Shown: piece by piece, positions 57,783 to 64,000 of the stretch
Layout: each line of letters begins with the position of its first letter
Numbering within the stretch: the first letter of the stretch is position 1
DNA from: Lytechinus pictus
Lineage: Eukaryota
Assembly (NCBI RefSeq): GCF_037042905.1
Contig: NC_087251.1
Location: 30,630,001 to 30,694,000, forward strand
Direction of reading: 5' to 3'
DNA: 64,000 bases
Made by a program: the position numbers and the translations under genes
The notes under the pieces: generated by a model
The model's input: the letters and a program-made list of their open reading frames with translations, nothing else
Told to the model about the DNA's origin: nothing
The model's database searches: none

Positions 57783-60700
57783 GTACGATCTAACAAAATC
57801 AATTGGGAAGTGATTGGTATTAATAGTAGTATATACATTTTCTGGTCATTTAATAATTTATTTGTGATGTGATTAGTGTTTTTTCGCCTTATTGGTAATC
57901 TTTTTTTTTTACTATGAAATATGATAATGCAATAAATTGTTCATGTATTACAACACATAACTTGCAACAAAATCTTTACAAAACATGGCCGAACAAAAAC
58001 AAATTAAGTTGATCTTGAAACTGGAATTCCATCATGGCTATGGCATCAACTTTGATGCAAGTCTGTTAACATCCAAAATCAACCCCCCCCCCAAAAAAAA
58101 AAAAAGGGGGGGAAGTATATTCAAGAATGGTCACTCTATTCTTTGATTTTCTATCCAATTTGCGATAACATTTTTTTGCATTTACTTTAAAAAAAAAAAC
58201 CAAAGATTTATTTGTATTGGATACATCGGTATAGCCTCTGCACTCTTATAAAGGTTTGGTCAAAATTACCTTATTCCGAAGGTTTGTTGGTCCGACATGG
58301 CACTTTATAAGCCTTGGTTCATTTTCACACGACCAAACCTTCGGACTGAATTCCCTCCGGAACGAACCTCCAGAATAACTTACGACCTGTAAGCCTATTT
58401 AATTATTCTAGTGTAACACTGTTTGATTCATTAAACTTCTAGATCCTTTCTGATCATCTGCCCTGAAGGAAGGTTTGTGACTCAGAGACAGCAGCCATCT
58501 ATAGCATTGATCTCACCCTCTGTCTCAGAAGACAAGGAGAGTTTGTTGATCAATGCTCCTGGTATGACAACTCTGAAGGTCCCTCTCAAAGATGAGAACG
58601 GACAAACTGGACATATCTACGATGTCAAGTAAAAAATAATTTATTTTTTAATGAATAAAGAGCAAGAATATATTCCTTTTAGTGTTATATACAAAGTGTA
58701 TTCAACTTCAGCTGAAATATTTTCCAAGAACACTCTGAGACAATCTACTTGTACATTAAGCGGCTTTTTAGTGCTTACAATCTATGTTGAGTAATTTGTG
58801 CTATGACAGGCATACTCATGTTTGCAATTCAGTTTTGTTTTCATTACCAATATTTGTTTTTTAACCTGTATATAACTTTCCAGTACATTATCAAACTGAC
58901 CAATGGAGTGAAAATGTGAGTGTGGGTGTGAGGGAATGGTTTATGAAATTTAGAACAGCCATGTCATGACGTATAGTAAAATCAATAATATATTTTTTTC
59001 ATTTTTGTTCTGGAAGGTAGGTTGCTTTCTGTTACAAATATATACCATCACACGCACACCCACACACACTCACACCCCCCACACACACACCACAATCATC
59101 CAATTATCGCAAACCCTGATACACCCCTTTCTCTCTCTCTGCTTCTCCCCCATCAGATTGTGGCGTTTGAGGGTACAAGGTGAAGACTGTGGTCAGGCAG
59201 CCAGTGATTGGCTAAGCCAGTATCTTGGAACCCCTGGTCATAAGTTGTTACGTCATTCTAAGAGGTTCAAAGGAAAGGATATCATCAAAGACTCTCTTTG
59301 GGGAATCAAGGGAAGGCGAGGAGAAAGGGTAAGATTCTAAATAATGGCATAGAATCGTGGACCAGGGGCGGATCCATGGTTTACCAAATCGAGGGTTGAG
59401 CACCTTTTCCACAAACAATATGGAAAAGGTGAGTTATTGATACTCACGGGAAAATGCGAAATAAAAAATAAACATATAAAAGTAAAAAGAAATTGGGAGC
59501 ACGTCTGTCACTGACCTATCCTGCTAGATCTGTAATCGCACAAACTGACTTGCTGATGTCGTTGGCTACACGCATGGTTAACATGATAGGTCTATCGTCT
59601 ATACTTTACAAGAAATAAGGATGGTGTTCATGTAGAACATTCATGTCTTTGGCTTGTGATTACTGTAAAACGTTGGTGATTATTCGAGATCATTATGTAG
59701 TGCCCAGTACATAATTTTATGGTAATTATGACTTTTACAGAATTACAATATAATCATTAGATAATGTGTCTCTTATTTGATATTTAGGAGGTTTTTATAA
59801 ACTTCGATGATATATTAACATATTAATTCCTACATATTTCGGGATGTGTTAGTTCTCTTAACTTTTACATTTTATGATCATGATGTTAATTTGCTTCGCG
59901 TGCAGAAAACCCCACATTTTTATTTAATGTTACAAAGTTTATAGGCCTATAATGTTACAAATGAATTATCTAGGTCACTCTTTATTCTATGGGATCATAA
60001 AAGTTGTTATTGTATCATACGTTGGTATAATTTTTATAACCCTCATAAAAGAATGATGATAAATTTATTTTTTCCTTCAGTCAGCTTACCAGGACCTTGC
60101 TCATGTCAACATTCTTAGCGTTTCTTCCCTGGATAGCCTGAATTCAAAGTTAGAAAAACCAGTTCAGTTTAGAAACTTCAGACCGAACGTTGTTGTAGAA
60201 GGAACACCTGCGTTCTGTGAGGTATATAGGTTCGATATATATATTTTTTAAATTGGGAATTACTGTTTATTTATTCCAATAGCTGAATAATATACAGTAA
60301 GTCAGGTTTCAAATTTATTTAACTAACTTCAGAATACGTCAGATATATTATGACCACACTATACTGGATATACTAGATAGATAGCACAGGTTGAATCCCT
60401 TCATTATGATGCAATCACGCATTTGGGAATTGGGGACTTGAAGAAGGGGGCATCCACTCCTCAACTTTCTTGTTTCAATGCACAAAAACGTAAAAAATGA
60501 CCTTATCATTGTGGGTTCATTTGTTGTTCTTTTGCATGGCTAGCTCCTCCCCTCAACATTCCCGCAGTACCTGAATTAAGATGTGTGCCTATAAATCATG
60601 CTTTCATCCATTGTTATTTAACTTCGAAGAAAATTCATCATGATAATTGAACTAACATACAACTGAAATATTTTACACACTTTATTCAAGTAGGACAATT

Positions 60701-62371
60701 GGAAATACGTGAGAATTGGTGAAGATGTGTCGTTGAGGAAAACACATCGTTGTTACAGGTATGTCAATAACATCTATCGATCACTGAGAGGGTATGCTTT
60801 GGAATACACTTGGGACAGGGGCGGGTCCAGAAAAAAATTGACAAGCCAAAAAAAAAAAAAAGGTTTTCACAAAAATAAGGATATTTCGTTTACGAAAACA
60901 TTTTGACAAGAAAAAAAGTTTTGAATTAAAGACGTTTCGTCCACGACAAAATTTGACAGCCCCCCCCCCCCACAAAAAGTCTTCACTTTCAAGGGGGGTA
61001 CACTTCTGTTTTAACGGTATTTTTACATTACAAATTTTAATTGTGCCTCTCAAAAGGGGGGCACGGACCGGCTGTGCCCTCCCCTACCCCTCCCCTGGAT
61101 CCGCCAGTGACTTAATTTGGACATTTCTCATCAGTTTGTACAGTTTTGGAGGATCGTTTTTATGCTCATTAAATGCTCTACCCACATTTAGCATTTGCCC
61201 TGTTTGTGGGATAGTATCCGCCACTATAACGCTTCGCTGAAATTCAGTTCGCGTGAAGGTTAATACCTAAAAGCAAAACACAACTGATCAAAAACTGGTG
61301 CCATTTCTTAATTTCAATGCCTGTCTTTTTTCATTTACATAATGCAATAGGCATATATGTGTTTCGATGCATGTGATTGTGTAATTGTACCTCTTTGATT
61401 TAACGCATGCATAGTTGAACAAATCAAATCTCTCTTTGTGTTTGAAAGAGTAGGAAGCGTTATCCGTGTTTGATATATTAAAAAGAATGTATGTTTATCC
61501 CCTTAAAATGAATTACATAAAATCTATATTACAGTGTCTTTAGGTTACGTCGTTATAACAATCAAAAGGATACTTGCATTTGAATATTTCCAAGATGAAA
61601 AGATTCATTGTGGGATATTTTTTGTTCTTTCCTTATTATCATAAAGATGTCGTCAGACCACTGTTGACCCTGATACAGGAAAGTTTATGGAAAGTGGAGA
61701 CCCGTTGAAGACACTCAAATCGTAAGTATATTATCATAAAATATCCATAATTATCAGAACACGTTCCATATGGACACTCAACCCCCCTAGGTCGATTATC
61801 CAGTTAGATTAAGGGGCGATCACACATTGCTGATTTAGATGGCGGTTCATGGCGGTCTACCCCCGGAGTTAAATGCAATCAGAGCCTTTATTATAGAATT
61901 TGGTGGATTCACTTTTATTGGGTTACAACCAAAGGTTACAACGTTTCGCAATTTCTTTAATTTGCGCTTGCCTAACAAAGCAACACGCGCCTTGTAAGTT
62001 GTAACCAATTGAAACGAATTGGCCAAACTACGTAATAAAGGGTTTTGATTGCATTTGGTCGTCGGGTGCCATAAACCGCCGTGAACCGTCAACTGAACCG
62101 GCGATGTCAGTGTGATCGTCAACCGGCTATGTATGATCACCCCTTAGGTGTAATATTATGTTTTCTATGACCATTTAACTATACACCTGCGTATAATGAT
62201 TTTTTTTTCAATATTATTTCTTATAATCTCTTATATAGATACCGGATGTCTTCCGATGATGATCCAGACAAGAAGCGCTACGGTGCCTCTCCTCTGTTTG
62301 GCATCAATCTTGTTATCGAATCACGTGGTTACATCAGGCTCGGGGACCCTGTCTATGCAAGCTTGACCTAA
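57532..62371 (+). CDS. MTARC1: Mitochondrial amidoxime-reducing component (mARC, MOSC_N + MOSC domains); gene span, 7 coding exons, about 340 aa
   Basis: Exons 57532-57782, 58443-58628, 59157-59328, 60081-60221, 60694-60758, 61647-61721 and 62239-62371 join in frame. N-terminal TM anchor; motifs LFIYPIKSCRG, DRSFL, TQRQQP, GEDCG, NFRPNVVVEG, CYRCRQTTVDPDTG, PLFGINL. MTARC1 vs MTARC2 is not resolvable. Alternative start ATG at 57556; the AG at 57529-30 implies an upstream UTR exon. Confidence 0.94.
58443..58628 (+). CDS. MTARC1: mARC exon 2
   Basis: ttctag|ATCC...GTCAA|gtaaaa; SFLIICPEGRFVTQRQQPSIALI...LINAPGM. Confidence 0.92.
59157..59328 (+). CDS. MTARC1: mARC exon 3
   Basis: catcag|ATTG...AGG|gtaaga; LWRLRVQGEDCGQAASDWLSQYLG. 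Confidence 0.92.
60081..60221 (+). CDS. MTARC1: mARC exon 4
   Basis: cttcag|TCA...GAG|gtatat; SAYQDLAHVNILS...LNSKL...NFRPNVVVEGTPAFCE. Confidence 0.93.
60694..60758 (+). CDS. MTARC1: mARC exon 5
   Basis: aagtag|GAC...TACAG|gtatgt; DNWKYVRIGEDVSLRKTHRCY. Confidence 0.9.
60816..61109. mobile_element. Degenerate short element with CAGGGGCGGATCCAG-type termini
   Basis: CAGGGGCGGGTCCAG ... CTGGATCCGCCAGTG; similar end at 59363; TSD not convincing. Confidence 0.5.
61647..61721 (+). CDS. MTARC1: mARC exon 6 (Moco-ligating Cys)
   Basis: ataaag|ATGT...AAATC|gtaagt; CRQTTVDPDTGKFMESGDPLKTLK. Confidence 0.92.
61812..62144. mobile_element. MITE, PIF/Harbinger-like
   Basis: AGGGGCGATCACACAT / ATGTATGATCACCCCT; CpG-rich inverted subterminal motifs. 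Confidence 0.65.
62239..62371 (+). CDS. MTARC1: mARC last coding exon
   Basis: atatag|ATAC...TAA; YRMSSDDDPDKKRYGASPLFGINLVIESRGYIRLGDPVYASLT*. Confidence 0.93.
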
Positions 62372-64000
62372 ATCCGTATTCAGTATCTCTAAACTTTTCA
62401 AAGGCACCTGAAATTAATATCGTTTCTGCAAATTCGTATTTTGACATCACTTAACTGTAGAATTGACTTCTGCTGATTAAACTCCCAATTAGGTCTCATA
62501 TTTGGTGTAATGCATGCATGTCTACAGAAAGCTGTCTTTACACCACAAAAAAAGGAACTGTATGGCAACTGTTTTAGGGGTCTTTCAAGCTAGCTCCTAA
62601 TGCCGATATTCTTTAGTTGTTGGTAGAAAGCCACGGAAGATTAAGGATGCACCTGGATGACGAGGTTATCTAGGAGGTTGCAGATGGATAATAGGGAGTT
62701 TTCGCTTTCCAACGTAGAACAAATTCAAAGACACCATAAGTGTATTGGAAATGCCCGTCACAGCTCGGAGGTCTTTGTCGAAAATTGGTGAACCGGAACA
62801 GCATTTTCGTCCTAAGTTTCGGAACTGACTGAACAATTGCAAATACAGTTGTTCTCAAAAGTTAGTGAACCACTTCACAAAATGCACTCATTTATGCCGA
62901 GTGTTGAATATTGACCCCACACTACAATGTTCGGCGAGCCCAGAGAAACAAACTTAATTTAATTAAATATCTATCACATGATTTCACAATCAAATATCTA
63001 AAACAGCACTTGAACAATTTACACCTGGACATTTTCTGGTGGGGTTTGAAAATTTTCGACGAAGAATTATGGGTTGCTCTTTGTCATGAAGGGCATTTGA
63101 CAATATATTTTCTATGTTCTTGAAAGCGTTATGCGTCGCGGTGAAAACACTATCTTCTGCCTTTTTTAGACCATGTTTTATGTAACCTGATGACAAGATA
63201 CTGATTCATCTTCTTTTAGACCTCACTAAGTTCAGGTGATGAAATACTTACTTGAATTTGTGTTTTCTTGTTTTTACCAAGTCAATTTGATTAGATACTG
63301 GAACTTGTGTTTGACCAACTTCTAGTTTGCAAGATGCCAGAACTGTGTTTGACCGATTCGAGTTGATGAGATGCTAAAACTTTTCTTCTTCTAGCGACAA
63401 AGACTACTGGAACTTCTGTTTTCTTAGTGACCCCAAGTCAATTTGACGAGATACTATAGAAGCTTTGTATAATCATGTCGGGTTGACGAGGTACTGAAGC
63501 TTGCGTTTGACCAATTCTAGCTGTTTGACGAGATACTTGAACTTGTCGCGTTGTATTTATTCAAACATTTTTGCTGAGATTATGTCGACTTGACGATAAT
63601 CCTATGCATCATTATCACCTTCATGGCTCATCTCGTCATCCCGGTTGACTTTTAAGATTCTGTATAATTTGCAGGGACTGTAGTGAAATACGTCAGTGGT
63701 CAAATAACTCTCGATAACCTCTATATAACTTCTATAATCTCTATAACCCACTTATACTACATCATGGTCGGAAAATTACTTCACAATATTAAAACTATTC
63801 ATTGTCATCAAGGATGACTTTTGACAAGATTTATCTTTCTTTTGACAAAAGATTGAGTTTAACAAATGGACTTGCTAGAATGCTTCTGAAATGACTAATA
63901 TCGATGTGTGTACCGTTTTGTGAAAGCAACGACAAATTTAGATTTTATTTTGTGGCAATATCAGCAATCAAGTAGATGAAAAATCCATTAGGAGCTATCA

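Overview
Eukaryotic (animal) genomic DNA: AT-rich, intron-rich and dense in transposon relics. The repeat repertoire suggests a marine invertebrate such as a sea urchin (inference). Three spliced protein-coding genes lie in tandem on the + strand, with exons read by hand from splice signals and frame continuity. (1) The 3' part of a PARP1 orthologue, covering the WGR, regulatory and catalytic domains (10 exons, 3387-15803); its 5' exons lie outside the window. (2) A complete TMEM87A/B-like GOST-family 7-TM protein (21 exons, 22466-43538, about 685 aa). (3) A mARC/MOSC molybdoenzyme (7 coding exons, 57532-62371, about 340 aa). Notable features: two minor-spliceosome (U12) introns, a GT-AG one splitting the PARP catalytic Glu codon and an AT-AC one in TMEM87; an array of six phase-0 microexons in TMEM87, partly from recent tandem exon duplication and opened by an RRKR furin-type site; Helentron/HINE-like elements whose variable tandem units carry nuclear-receptor-type AGGTCA repeats; nested MITEs; short echoes of exon boundaries; and a 620-bp tandem duplication starting inside a hAT MITE. 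No prokaryotic system, CRISPR array or autonomous transposase was found. Most ORFs in the supplied track are spurious (microsatellites, repeats, or exon read-through).
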